DNA of 64,000 nt. Origin: Escherichia phage UE-S5b. The notes under the pieces are model-generated. The model saw nothing but the letters and a program-made list of their open reading frames with translations, ran no database searches and was not told the origin of the DNA. Positions 50,546 through 60,565 of this stretch are shown piece by piece (position 1 is the first letter of the stretch; each line of letters opens with the position of its first letter). The stretch lies in the sequence record PP301341.1; one strand, 5' to 3'. The translations under genes and the position numbers were made by a program.

Positions 50546-51856
50546 TTAGAAAGTTAGACCACCATACTTACTGGCAAGATTGCCATAGAACACTACACGC
50601 TTACGAGCGCGAGACACAGCGACGTAAAGCAGACGGGCAACCATATCTGGTTGGCGACAGCTTGAGAGGTCATTTGCATCAATGAAGATTGTGTCGTAAG
50701 TAGAGCCTTGTGATTTATGGACAGTACATGCATGAGTAGCACGCAGGTCTGGAATGGTTTCTTTAAGACGGAAGTAAGGTTCCCAGTTCTTCTCCTTACC
50801 TAACCACTTAACCAAACGGTTGAAGTAGTCTGGGTCAGTAGGTACTGGAACTTCACTTACAATGCCACCATAGCCTAGGTCAAGAGTACTATCACGAACT
50901 TCCAGTTCCAGGTCACCTGTAACCTTAATCATGCGAGTACTACTATCCTGGTCAATGAGTTTTACGTCCTGTTCAATAGATAAACGATTATCCACACCCA
51001 AGCGAACAGCAGAGTTAGAAACTAACTGTTCACCGATGGAGTATTCACCCACATAACCGTTAGCTTCACGAATGTAGTTATTGTAATTAATAACCTGGTC
51101 ATTTGTGTAAGCAACAATACGGCTGTTGGTAGGTTGAGTGAAGTGACTGAGAACCAATTTCTCCATCTCTTCCTCCTGTACCCAGTCAATGATACCTGGG
51201 ATACATTTAATTGGCAGGAAGCCTGTCTTACCTTCCACCGTATCACGCAATTGCTGGTGCAATACTTTAAGTTCCGGTGCATCAGTACGCATCTGTTCAG
51301 TCAGATAGTGTGTTGGGATATTACCTGCGTATACCGGAGACTTATTCTCTTTAACAGGCAAAAGCTGAGAAGCATCACCTACAAATACCAGTTTGCACTG
51401 GTGAGTACCTTCACGAGCATACTTAAGTAACTGACGGTCAATCATGGATGCTTCGTCTACGAAGATGATTTTGTTCTTCTTAATATTGAATGATTTAGAC
51501 GGCACTACGTTAGCCTCACCAGTCTTAAAATCATTCTTAACAATCAGACCCTGGAAGGAGTGATAGGTAGATGTTGGACGTCCTGTAGCTTGAGCCAGTA
51601 CTTCAGCAGCTTTGTTCGTGGTCGCAGTCATGACAACTTCGTTATACAGAGGCTTGGTTCCCATAAGGGAGCAAGTTTCCATATATGCAGGCATAGTGTC
51701 ATCAATGAGGTGCGACATCAGGAATGTCTTACCAGTACCACCTGGGCCTGAAATTCCAAATTCGGTAGCATTAGGGTCGAGCAGGAAGTCGAAGAACTCC
51801 TTCGCAACCGCTTCTTGCCCCTTGTTCAGTGGGGCTTTGGTAGGTTTGGAAAACAT
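50546..51856 (-). CDS. SF1 DNA helicase (Dda/RecD-like)
   Basis: 436 aa; Walker A GPGGTGKTF, Walker B IIFVDEASMI, motif VI-like CTVHKSQGSTYD. Confidence 0.8.
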   Translation of the reverse strand: MFSKPTKAPLNKGQEAVAKEFFDFLLDPNATEFGISGPGGTGKTFLMSHLIDDTMPAYMETCSLMGTKPLYNEVVMTATTNKAAEVLAQATGRPTSTYHSFQGLIVKNDFKTGEANVVPSKSFNIKKNKIIFVDEASMIDRQLLKYAREGTHQCKLVFVGDASQLLPVKENKSPVYAGNIPTHYLTEQMRTDAPELKVLHQQLRDTVEGKTGFLPIKCIPGIIDWVQEEEMEKLVLSHFTQPTNSRIVAYTNDQVINYNNYIREANGYVGEYSIGEQLVSNSAVRLGVDNRLSIEQDVKLIDQDSSTRMIKVTGDLELEVRDSTLDLGYGGIVSEVPVPTDPDYFNRLVKWLGKEKNWEPYFRLKETIPDLRATHACTVHKSQGSTYDTIFIDANDLSSCRQPDMVARLLYVAVSRARKRVVFYGNLASKYGGLTF

Positions 51857-51860
51857 TAAA

Positions 51861-51891
51861 ATCTCCAGTAAAAAACCCTCCGTAGAGGGTT
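51861..51891 (-). terminator. putative rho-independent terminator / attenuator upstream of the helicase gene
   Basis: Minus-strand AACCCTC-tacg-GAGGGTT followed by TTTTACTGG; overlaps the stop codon of 51890..52357. Confidence 0.45.
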
Positions 51892-52357
51892 AGATGTAAG
51901 GGGTTAAATCCGGGGGAGTGTAGTCTTTCCCCTTCATGACTTTCTTATTCTCATTGAAGACAGGTTCCCCATCTTCAAACTTAGAATAGTTAGAGCGATT
52001 GACTTCATTCAATGCTCCAGGGACATTCATCCCAAGGAAAGTACCGACGCCGGTTGCTGTAACAATCTGGTCAGCAAGACTATCAAGGATAGCTAAACGA
52101 TGGCTGTTCGGTGCATATACCTCTTTGTCATCTTTTTTCATTAAATCAGACAATTCGGTTAATGCTGCAATGGCATTGTGAAGAATATCGTAAGCATCTT
52201 CTGAGTTAGCGTATAACTCGTCTAGCATCTCTACTACTTCTTCCAGATGACAACCAATCTGGGTACTAATATTCTTACTCGTCGGATTTGGTACTGCTTT
52301 CCGGAACCAGGCTTCCGTATTTGCCAGCGTACAAACGGATGAACTTGTCATGCTCAC
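51890..52357 (-). CDS. putative nucleotide pyrophosphohydrolase-like protein (MazG-like; weak)
   Basis: 155 aa; acidic helical segment HLEEVVEMLDELYANSEDAYD is compatible with an all-alpha NTP-pyrophosphatase fold. Start uncertain (overlaps upstream ORF). Confidence 0.35.
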   Translation of the reverse strand: MSMTSSSVCTLANTEAWFRKAVPNPTSKNISTQIGCHLEEVVEMLDELYANSEDAYDILHNAIAALTELSDLMKKDDKEVYAPNSHRLAILDSLADQIVTATGVGTFLGMNVPGALNEVNRSNYSKFEDGEPVFNENKKVMKGKDYTPPDLTPYI

Positions 52358-52670
52358 TCTCTTGGTTAAGGTGGCGATTATTATATGCCTCCAGAATTAA
52401 GTCTCTTACGTATGAGCGAATCTCATAAGCAGGACCAACTTGTTCTGATAGCCAATCAGCCACATGGGTTGGTAAAGGACGTAATACGTTTTCCATGAAT
52501 GTCCGACGTGTGTCGGCTGGTTCAATGTTTAAAGAACGCAATCGCAAAGTAACCGTAGTGGGGTGAACCCCCAACGTCTTAGCGATAGTTGCGAGGGATA
52601 GCCCAACAGCATTCATACGAATGATGTCTTCATCAGTTGCTTTGCGATTACTTCTGAATACTTTACTCAT
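52275..52670 (-). CDS. putative helix-turn-helix DNA-binding protein
   Basis: About 132 aa from MSKVFRS; segment GLSLATIAKTLGVHPTTV resembles an HTH motif. Confidence 0.4.
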   Translation of the reverse strand: MSKVFRSNRKATDEDIIRMNAVGLSLATIAKTLGVHPTTVTLRLRSLNIEPADTRRTFMENVLRPLPTHVADWLSEQVGPAYEIRSYVRDLILEAYNNRHLNQESEHDKFIRLYAGKYGSLVPESSTKSDE

Positions 52671-52732
52671 AGTACAATTCCTCTTCAAATTTACCCTCAC
52701 TTTATTACAAGTGAGGGCATTTGAACAGGCTA

Positions 52733-54793
52733 TTACTTAACTGCTTTAACCAGCTTGGTAGCTAATTTAGCTTCTTCTTCAGTCAGACCCATTGCAGTGA
52801 ATGACTTCTTAGCATGACGTTTATAGTCTTGCAGAGCATGGCCTTTCTGATAGTCAGAATATGACGTATCGTTCAGGATGCTACGCAGATTATCAACGTG
52901 TTTACCAGAAGGAGCTACTTTAGAAGCAGCAGCAGAACGTGTAGGTTTAACTGTCTTATCCTGCTTAACAGCTTTAGGTTTACCAATAGGCTTAATTGTA
53001 TAGGTAGCACGTACATCAGCAATCTTAGCTACCACGTCACTACCTACATCAAATGCAGCCCAAGGCTTACGAGCTTTGGAACGCAGTTCTACCAGAAGGT
53101 CAGCAGCAGCTAACTTATCTTCTGGTGTTGTTGCATTAAGGAACTCTTTAACCAGTTCCTGGATTTGTTCTTTCACAGTAGGAGCCTTCTTAATAACGGG
53201 TTTAAGGTCAGTAGCCTTCACTGGTTCAGCAGCTACAGCTTCATTCAGTGACTCTTCCATGTCCAGTGCTTCTTTGCTAGCAACTGTACGGAATTGTTCT
53301 ACAGAACCAGATGTGAGATTGGTGTATTTGAGGTTAGTACCACGATGTCCACCAACCATAATAAGTGTGGTAGGTGAACTATGGTTCCCAACGATGGCAT
53401 CATTAAGTAGTTTCTTACCTACTTCAGTTTTAGACAAATAGATACCACTGTTAACGTTATTACGTTCCTCTTCCGGCAGTTCAGCAATAATGTGATACGC
53501 AGATACACGCATCTTATTAGTGCTGTACTGAGGAACAGCAAATACATCTTCTGGTGCTACTTTACCAAGGATAGTTACGTTACCACCGAAGCTACGAATA
53601 TAGCTCATGGATGCTACATGCAGACCGTTAGAACAGTCCTGACGACGGTCAGGATCTACCAGGTCTTCCCGTACCTGCACTTTACAGCCTACCCACTGTT
53701 TGATGTTACCTGAGTGACAGTCAACGAATACACGTTTACCATCTTCTTTCCCTTTATACTGAAGGCGTTTAAGGAACAGGATTGAACCATCATCAGCGAT
53801 AGGCAATTCAGCAGTTTCCATGAACTTCATCAGGTCTTCTACTGAGTGCAGACGGTCTTTAATAACCGGAGCCAGACGCTCAAGGAACTTAGTGAAGCCC
53901 TTGTAGTCTTTCAACTTGGCAGACTGACGTAAGTGACGTTGCAGGTTCTCAACTCCAGGGATAACCCCATCGTTGGTAACAGCAACAACCACTTCATCTT
54001 CCTTCACATCAGTGTGAAAGTTAGCGTTATCAGTACTAATAGCACCTAATGCAGCTAATTTCTCGGATGCAGCAGCCAGCTTATCCTGGTTCGTAGTTTT
54101 AGCTACTTCAATGTAAGGTGGTGGGGTATGTTTACGGCTGGTAAATACAATATGTACACCTTTGATATGCTTGGCTTGTTTAGCAAACTCACCCATTTCA
54201 TCATCGGATACTGCACGAACTGCAACAGGCCATTCCTGTCTGAGCATGGTGTTGGTTTGTTCATACCCCCAACCCATTACGTCGTTAATAAAACGAACCA
54301 GTGCAGGATAGTTATGGTCCTTATCCCAGCCAGTAATCCACATCAGATTGTCACGTCTGTCGTAGCAACCATCTGATACTGTTACTTCTGGTTCATTAGC
54401 TTGTACAGCCAGGAATGTATCCATAGCTTTAGATACTAATGTCTTGGTGGGATTGCCTAGCTTAATATCAGAAACGGCTTGGGTAGGTTGAACATCTGTA
54501 CCATCCTGGAAGAACTCTTTGAGTTTAGCTTTAGCTACCTTGAAGAAACGGACGAATCCATTAGTGTTCTTCTCTGCTTCCAGATACTCATTACGCAGTG
54601 ATACTTCTGGTGCAATGTTTACTTCTATCAGGTCTTTGGTAATTCCCAAGCCTTTGGTTTGTGCTTCAGATACGATACGAGCAACCCGTGGGTCGCTCTG
54701 TGGATATACAATTGTGGAGCCATCAGGCTTCCACAATGTTAAGTTTCGACTGTCAACTGCCAGTGCGATGATAGAAATCAGTTCGATTTTCAT
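52733..54793 (-). CDS. rIIB-like protein (by position next to the rIIA-like gene)
   Basis: 686-aa ORF immediately downstream of the GHKL-ATPase rIIA-like gene. No motif evidence. Confidence 0.4.
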   Translation of the reverse strand: MKIELISIIALAVDSRNLTLWKPDGSTIVYPQSDPRVARIVSEAQTKGLGITKDLIEVNIAPEVSLRNEYLEAEKNTNGFVRFFKVAKAKLKEFFQDGTDVQPTQAVSDIKLGNPTKTLVSKAMDTFLAVQANEPEVTVSDGCYDRRDNLMWITGWDKDHNYPALVRFINDVMGWGYEQTNTMLRQEWPVAVRAVSDDEMGEFAKQAKHIKGVHIVFTSRKHTPPPYIEVAKTTNQDKLAAASEKLAALGAISTDNANFHTDVKEDEVVVAVTNDGVIPGVENLQRHLRQSAKLKDYKGFTKFLERLAPVIKDRLHSVEDLMKFMETAELPIADDGSILFLKRLQYKGKEDGKRVFVDCHSGNIKQWVGCKVQVREDLVDPDRRQDCSNGLHVASMSYIRSFGGNVTILGKVAPEDVFAVPQYSTNKMRVSAYHIIAELPEEERNNVNSGIYLSKTEVGKKLLNDAIVGNHSSPTTLIMVGGHRGTNLKYTNLTSGSVEQFRTVASKEALDMEESLNEAVAAEPVKATDLKPVIKKAPTVKEQIQELVKEFLNATTPEDKLAAADLLVELRSKARKPWAAFDVGSDVVAKIADVRATYTIKPIGKPKAVKQDKTVKPTRSAAASKVAPSGKHVDNLRSILNDTSYSDYQKGHALQDYKRHAKKSFTAMGLTEEEAKLATKLVKAVK

Positions 54794-54797
54794 CAGA

Positions 54798-57365
54798 TTA
54801 GTTACCTTTCAGTTTATTTAGACGATTACGGTAGAGGGACTTAAACCCAGGAATATCCTCTGGATTTTTCTTGAGGTGTTTAACTAAACTCCCCAAGTCC
54901 AGACTCTGTAGTATGTCACCAGCACTCCAGCTATAGCTGAATAACCCCTTGTACTGATTAAGTATTTCAAAGTACTTATGATTACGCGGATTAACCATCA
55001 TTGTATATGGCTCTAAGTCATCAACTGACTTAATACAACCCATTTCAACAAGTTTTTCTTTGTTGTTATGTGGTCGATTCCGTAGAAAGTCATATGCCCA
55101 TTCATACTCTGGTTTAAAAATCAGATTCTGTAATGGTTTGAATGTTAGACCAAGAATATCGAGGATTTCCCAGTATTCCCTGTCATCTAATCCTACATAT
55201 TCCAGAATACCAATACGGTGTTCAGTAACATATTTCTTGAAGCCTTTGCTGGTAATAACTGGCATCAGCTCCATAAAACGAACGTCATCAATGTGAATAG
55301 CACCACGTCGTTTAGCTTTGTTAGCTTCAATTTGATTGCGACAGACAACAGTCTCTGCTTTCATCTCGTCAGATAACTCATACCATTTCCACATGGTTCC
55401 AATCCGAGCAGTTACAGGACTACCAGAACTAACCTGATTGGCTAGTACGTAGTACTTAGGCTGTTCCACTTCAACGAAACCGTACTTCTCATGGAAGCTT
55501 GGGTCAGTAAAATCCTTGTCAATGTACGGCTTAGAATCCCAATCCCCACTTTTATTTCGTACAGGAGTAGTACCGAGAACTGCATTCAACGAAATCAGAG
55601 CATTAGTTTTACCCCCTGCTTTGGTTTTATTGGCAGCTATCGTCTTAGCTCGTTTCTCAGCAGCTATCTTAGCTTGTTCTCTGCGGTAGTTAGTTGGTTT
55701 GTCCCACTCATTATATTGAGTGAGGTCAATTACCCGATAACCCATAGCAGTGAACTTAGCTACAGCTTCTTCTGCTGCACCCTTTTTAGGACTAACGACG
55801 TGAACAAAAGCTGTACGCTCCAGGTCACCTCGGTTGTACTCAGGGAAGTATGAGAAAGAGTCTGCACAGTCAGATAAACGTCGAGTAACTACAACGTTCT
55901 TGGTAGTGAATATACCAATACTCTGGTGGGAGTTATGGTACATCTTAAAGTAGTCAGTAAGTTTGCCTTTTATCAGGTCTACAAAGTTACCCTGGTTCAT
56001 TATGTAACCAGACCATTTAATGCCAGTAGCTTTTAAATCAGCAAGCTGAGGTAAGTGCAGATGACGATATACTAATTCCTGGAATGAGGAATATGTATTT
56101 GCTTCACGAGTATCCTTAAGGGCACGCATAGCCTTACCATACAACTTCTTAAGACCTGCATATTCGGGACGAGCTAGTAATGCTTTGTTAGATAAGTTAC
56201 GCCAGTGCTTGATGTGATGCTTACGTTGCTTAGCCCATAAACTAGAGGACATATAACTTTGAACAATTGGGTCTGTAACAGCAAGTAGGAAAGATGGATA
56301 CTCCCAAAAGCGAGTAGAGGATTTAGAGGCGTATTCTTCAACCTGCTTAATAGCTTCAGGAATTTTAGCCCTAATCTCTTTCTCCATACGGTCTACTAAA
56401 TCTACACACAGAGTAGTAATACCATCGTCAGTTAACTTCTGGTTAGACAGTGTTTCTCGACTAGGAGCAATAGCTAGAGTATCAGGTGCAGCCTGAACCA
56501 CCAGATTAGAAGCACCAATGATATTCATAAAGTTGAGGATAAGACCTACAGCCTCTTCACTAGCTGGGCTGGATACAATTGGGTACATTACGTTACCGTA
56601 ACGAACGAATATGTTACTGTTACCCATATAGCCTTGATACCATCTATCAGACATATCGTATGAACCAGGTTCAAATGACATTCCTAGTGTATTCAGTAGA
56701 GTGTAGTCACCTTGCTGAATACTATTACCTTCTTCTGTTTTAACGAGTTTAGGGATACTAAGTTCAGCTTTAATCTCACCGTTAAATACTATTGATGTGA
56801 TGTAATGTACAAAGGTATTTAAATCATGCTTGCCTAACTGGAATTTAACTTCCAGCCCAGATTCCTCAGTAGGAATATTAGTAACAATAGGAACAATGCC
56901 TGGTTTACCGTCATTCTCAATCGCAGCTTTAGCTACGTTATATACCGACATCTTTCCCTGGTTCCATGAAGTAACCTGGAAGCTATCTGTATAAGCGAAC
57001 GGGGATTTACATCCCAGACCAAAACCACCAGTAACACTACTGTTGGCTTTCTTAGTAGATGCACCATAGACACCATAAATGGAACCAATGAGTTCATCGG
57101 GGATGCCATTACCAAAGTCACGGAAGGTAATAAAGTTGTCTGTATCAATAGTGATACGAATAGGGGTATCAGTCTTACCTGCTTCAATATGAGCATCCCA
57201 ACTGTTACAGATAGTCTCACGGACTACTGCCAGAGTAGGATTGTTATATAAGGAAGTACTTAATACATGGAAGAATGCCGGGTCATCAGAGATGCCAAAG
57301 GCAATTGTTTCTTTGCCACCCAGTGTCGCTGAGGTAGCTACTTCATTGGTATCTGCAACTAACAT
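54798..57365 (-). CDS. rIIA-like protein with N-terminal GHKL (Bergerat-fold) ATPase domain
   Basis: 855 aa; N-box VRETICNSWDAH (E..N..DA), G1 box ITFRDFGNGIPDE (DxGxG), G2 box TGGFGLGCKSPF. Confidence 0.55.
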   Translation of the reverse strand: MLVADTNEVATSATLGGKETIAFGISDDPAFFHVLSTSLYNNPTLAVVRETICNSWDAHIEAGKTDTPIRITIDTDNFITFRDFGNGIPDELIGSIYGVYGASTKKANSSVTGGFGLGCKSPFAYTDSFQVTSWNQGKMSVYNVAKAAIENDGKPGIVPIVTNIPTEESGLEVKFQLGKHDLNTFVHYITSIVFNGEIKAELSIPKLVKTEEGNSIQQGDYTLLNTLGMSFEPGSYDMSDRWYQGYMGNSNIFVRYGNVMYPIVSSPASEEAVGLILNFMNIIGASNLVVQAAPDTLAIAPSRETLSNQKLTDDGITTLCVDLVDRMEKEIRAKIPEAIKQVEEYASKSSTRFWEYPSFLLAVTDPIVQSYMSSSLWAKQRKHHIKHWRNLSNKALLARPEYAGLKKLYGKAMRALKDTREANTYSSFQELVYRHLHLPQLADLKATGIKWSGYIMNQGNFVDLIKGKLTDYFKMYHNSHQSIGIFTTKNVVVTRRLSDCADSFSYFPEYNRGDLERTAFVHVVSPKKGAAEEAVAKFTAMGYRVIDLTQYNEWDKPTNYRREQAKIAAEKRAKTIAANKTKAGGKTNALISLNAVLGTTPVRNKSGDWDSKPYIDKDFTDPSFHEKYGFVEVEQPKYYVLANQVSSGSPVTARIGTMWKWYELSDEMKAETVVCRNQIEANKAKRRGAIHIDDVRFMELMPVITSKGFKKYVTEHRIGILEYVGLDDREYWEILDILGLTFKPLQNLIFKPEYEWAYDFLRNRPHNNKEKLVEMGCIKSVDDLEPYTMMVNPRNHKYFEILNQYKGLFSYSWSAGDILQSLDLGSLVKHLKKNPEDIPGFKSLYRNRLNKLKGN

Positions 57366-57408
57366 TTATTTACTCTCCAGATTAAATGTTGCTTCTTGGT
57401 TATGACTA

Positions 57409-57633
57409 TTAAGAATCTAATGCTGATTTACAGGCTTCAAAGATTACTTTACGTAATTCCCGTTCTTTTTCCGGTTCCTCGTGGGGACTGTAACCAAAGG
57501 GACTGTTTTGCATAAAACTAGCCAGAATTAGTAAATCTTCTTCAGATAGACCATCAATAGCGATGGAGTATTGGTTTTTGCTTTTTACTGTAGCGTTAGC
57601 CATTTCGTTTCTCCGCCATTGCTTGTAGTACAA
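57409..57633 (-). CDS. hypothetical small protein
   Basis: 74-aa ORF (likely start at MANATVK) in a run of tightly packed small minus-strand genes. Confidence 0.35.
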   Translation of the reverse strand: MYYKQWRRNEMANATVKSKNQYSIAIDGLSEEDLLILASFMQNSPFGYSPHEEPEKERELRKVIFEACKSALDS

Positions 57634-57958
57634 ATACTACAGCATCTGAAATTTGGTCATCGGTTGGTTCAACTAATTGACCATTCTCATCATACATTTC
57701 TTTCAGAAGTGCATTCAGTTCAGCCATACCAGCCAATACCATTTCCTTACTTGGTTCCAGCCATAACTTACGTTCCTCTGCCAATGCAGCAATGCACATA
57801 CACAGGGACGCAATATTTGCTGGGCAAGCAGCAATATCACCAGTTACCACAATTTCACTAAGTGGAACAGCTTTACCGGTTTTACTATGAATAACTTCAG
57901 GATTAATCATGGATTTGCTCCAGGTTATGAGCAGGAATAGGGAAGCATGGATAGTCAC
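57596..57958 (-). CDS. hypothetical small protein
   Basis: 120-aa ORF (likely start at MINPEVI), overlapping neighbours by a few codons. Confidence 0.4.
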   Translation of the reverse strand: MTIHASLFLLITWSKSMINPEVIHSKTGKAVPLSEIVVTGDIAACPANIASLCMCIAALAEERKLWLEPSKEMVLAGMAELNALLKEMYDENGQLVEPTDDQISDAVVFVLQAMAEKRNG

Positions 57959-58145
57959 CGGTAGGGTCCAGTGTTACTGATACATGCAGTGTATTTGTCA
58001 TTTGGGTTAACATCAGAGCAGCATTGAAATCGTCCTGGATACAGGCATATACAATGTCACCCTTCTCTCCCTCACACATTACAGGTGTGTCTTTGATACG
58101 GTATTTAGCAGGCATATGCCCTCCTAAAAGAGTTAATAGAATCAA
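57903..58145 (-). CDS. hypothetical small protein
   Basis: 80-aa ORF (likely start at MPAKYRI). Confidence 0.35.
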   Translation of the reverse strand: MILLTLLGGHMPAKYRIKDTPVMCEGEKGDIVYACIQDDFNAALMLTQMTNTLHVSVTLDPTGDYPCFPIPAHNLEQIHD

Positions 58146-58174
58146 AAAAAGACCTCCCGGAGGAGGTCTTAGGT

Positions 58175-58414
58175 TTACTTACGACTTCCTTCTACGAAAA
58201 GTCGTATTTGTTTTTTCACTTCTTCTTTCTCACGTATTGCTTCGTAGTCACGAGCAAAGTAGTAAACACACCATAATCCAATTTCACTTACAAAGAACAG
58301 AATACTAGCTCGAATGAACTGCATATCTGTTTCTACTACAAAGGCAACTTTGTATGCGTAGGTAAGTGTTAATAGGGTACTAATTAGCATTGCGTACAGA
58401 GCTAGTTTTTTCAT
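58175..58414 (-). CDS. small membrane protein
   Basis: 79 aa with two hydrophobic segments (LALYAMLISTLLTLTYAY; ILFFVSEIGLWCVYYF); ATGA overlap with the ThyX-like gene. Confidence 0.4.
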   Translation of the reverse strand: MKKLALYAMLISTLLTLTYAYKVAFVVETDMQFIRASILFFVSEIGLWCVYYFARDYEAIREKEEVKKQIRLFVEGSRK

Positions 58415-59355
58415 TCAGTAATAGTCTCACCAGGAATTAACTTACGGAATTGGATAAAGTGAAGCAGGTTACCTGAGTACAGATTCCCTTCTTTATCCAT
58501 GGATGTAACACCTTGTTCCCATGTAACTGGGTTCATGTTATTTACATACTTCTCACCAAGGTTCATAGGTGTAGCCTGATGTTCCGTTGGGGAAGCATGA
58601 ATAGGTTGGTTTTCCACTAACTTAGCGAATAAGCCAAGGTCTTCCTCGATAGTAGATGGTCGTCCTTCGAAGTTGTTATAGGAAGCACGAGCACAGCGTG
58701 CAGCACTTACTTTGAGAAGTAGTCCATGCACTTCTGCATCACTTGGTTCATCGCGTGTAACTCGATTGCGTTTGCAGAAATTGTAAGCCCCAACACGGTC
58801 AATATGAGCAATNTANGGCANATGCCATTGCCCATATGGTAATGCTCTNGGTGTNCTTTCTTCCTGTGCCTTACGCATTGCTTGAGCCAGTTCACGAATC
58901 TCTGGTTGTGCATCTTTGTGGTCACGCAGTCCATAGAAATTAGCCCAGCTGGTTGAAGTTACCACTACACGAATATGCGTGAATGGTTCCAGAATACGGT
59001 TAACAATCTGCTTATGTACTTGCCCACGTCGTAGCTGTTCTGCATACACAGCAGCAGCAGATGCAGCGTTATCCCAGATAAACTTAGCATCCTCAATCTC
59101 CATAGGAGTGAGTTCTTCTTCTGCTTGCATACCTTTCTGGTTCTTGCCCCAGTGACTAGGCATCACTGGTTCATTACGAACTTGTTCGATGAACTTAGCC
59201 GTGGGAATAGCACGACTGCTTGANGCATTACGGTTGAATACACGGTGNGTCATAAACTCACTGTGAATGAATCGGGGATAAACCAATTCAAAGGTAGTAA
59301 TACGAGTTCCTGTTTCTGGGTGAACGGAATCTGCAATGACAGTTGCCTTAATCAT
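58411..59355 (-). CDS. flavin-dependent thymidylate synthase (ThyX-like)
   Basis: 314 aa; xHRVFNRNxSSSRAIP fits the ThyX RHR-x7-S signature if the ambiguous residue is R (N-masked codons). Confidence 0.45.
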   Translation of the reverse strand: MIKATVIADSVHPETGTRITTFELVYPRFIHSEFMXHRVFNRNXSSSRAIPTAKFIEQVRNEPVMPSHWGKNQKGMQAEEELTPMEIEDAKFIWDNAASAAAVYAEQLRRGQVHKQIVNRILEPFTHIRVVVTSTSWANFYGLRDHKDAQPEIRELAQAMRKAQEEXTXRALPYGQWHXXXIAHIDRVGAYNFCKRNRVTRDEPSDAEVHGLLLKVSAARCARASYNNFEGRPSTIEEDLGLFAKLVENQPIHASPTEHQATPMNLGEKYVNNMNPVTWEQGVTSMDKEGNLYSGNLLHFIQFRKLIPGETITE

Positions 59356-59687
59356 TAGAATGACCTTAGATAGTTGGTGATACCACTACGGTTTTCTGTA
59401 ATTTTCTTAACCTGAACATATACCAGCTTAAACTCACTACGGGGTAGTTCTTGTAATACTGCTACACCTTCAGTAAGGGCCACAGAACACGCTACAGCGG
59501 TTTCTTTTTTAAAGGAGTATAAGTCTTCATACATGAGGGCTTCATACTCCCTGCGGAGCATACAGAGAGCATCTCTTGCCTTATCACTTACTTCTTGTGA
59601 ACCAGCAGACATAGCTAAGCTGTATATGATAAAGATTTGTTCAAAAACAAAGTCCAGTAATCGCTTTACGGTTGAGTTCATACTCAT
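59355..59687 (-). CDS. hypothetical protein
   Basis: 110-aa ORF, stop/start abutting the ThyX-like gene. Confidence 0.4.
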   Translation of the reverse strand: MSMNSTVKRLLDFVFEQIFIIYSLAMSAGSQEVSDKARDALCMLRREYEALMYEDLYSFKKETAVACSVALTEGVAVLQELPRSEFKLVYVQVKKITENRSGITNYLRSF

Positions 59688-59750
59688 CCTCTATGCCTTT
59701 ATTATAAAGAACAGGATTTCGCTCCCTTTTCCGTAGGAATGGGATACGCA

Positions 59751-60131
59751 TTAGTATTTACTACCTCTTCTATACCAAGGGTAATGATGGGTAGTGCTCT
59801 TGCCTTTGAATACATCCTTAGTACGAGGATTCTTTTGTATTTGAGCCAGGTAAAGATACGTATCATCCCTACATGGGCTAAGCCAGAACTTATCTATGAT
59901 TCGGTCTACCTTAGATTTCAGATGAGGTTCCGGAGGAATGTATGAAGGAAAAGGTCTGCTAATAGTCCATCCTTTTTGAACAAGAGCCTGCATTGTCGTG
60001 TAAAGATCTAACTCAATTTCATTCTCTACTTGATCATGGATAGTTTTACCTAGAGTAAGCATTGCAGTTTGTTCTAGCTTACTTAAGTCCAGCCCTTGCA
60101 GGATAGACTTACCATTTTGTCTGCTTGACAT
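59751..60131 (-). CDS. hypothetical protein
   Basis: 126-aa ORF. Confidence 0.4.
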   Translation of the reverse strand: MSSRQNGKSILQGLDLSKLEQTAMLTLGKTIHDQVENEIELDLYTTMQALVQKGWTISRPFPSYIPPEPHLKSKVDRIIDKFWLSPCRDDTYLYLAQIQKNPRTKDVFKGKSTTHHYPWYRRGSKY

Positions 60132-60225
60132 AAGAGTACCTGTAAATAAAAAAGCCCACGGGTTAGGTGGGCTTGGGTTAGGAGATGGATAAGCAATGAG
60201 CTGGAAGTAACTTCCACAAGCATCA

Positions 60226-60492
60226 CTATGTAATGATGCTTAGGTTAGTTACTCTGANTTTACTGCCACCATTGGTTTGAACAACAGTTACGTTTGTAAC
60301 TTGGTTCTGACCTTTGTTGGACAGTGACCAAATCAGTGCTACTACCCAGAAGACTAAAGACCAGCCTAATACAATATTAAGCACACCAATGCCCCACTTG
60401 GAGGCATGGCCTCGTGCAAAAGCAATGATAGTAGGGATGAGGTATACAGCTAATACAAACAACATAACAAGGATTGCTGCTAAAGATTCCAT
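60226..60492 (-). CDS. Imm-like superinfection-immunity family membrane protein (candidate)
   Basis: About 88 aa from MESLAAIL (AGGAA RBS); two TM segments and a C-terminal NIVLGWSLVFWVVALIWSL motif resembling the conserved LGW...GW..AL.W signature recalled for this family. Confidence 0.45.
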   Translation of the reverse strand: MESLAAILVMLFVLAVYLIPTIIAFARGHASKWGIGVLNIVLGWSLVFWVVALIWSLSNKGQNQVTNVTVVQTNGGSKXRVTNLSIIT

Positions 60493-60565
60493 GATGGTTC
60501 CTATGTGAGGTTGAGTTAGTTTCTTCACAAATAGCCCAACTATGCTGGGCTATTTAGGCAGCTAC

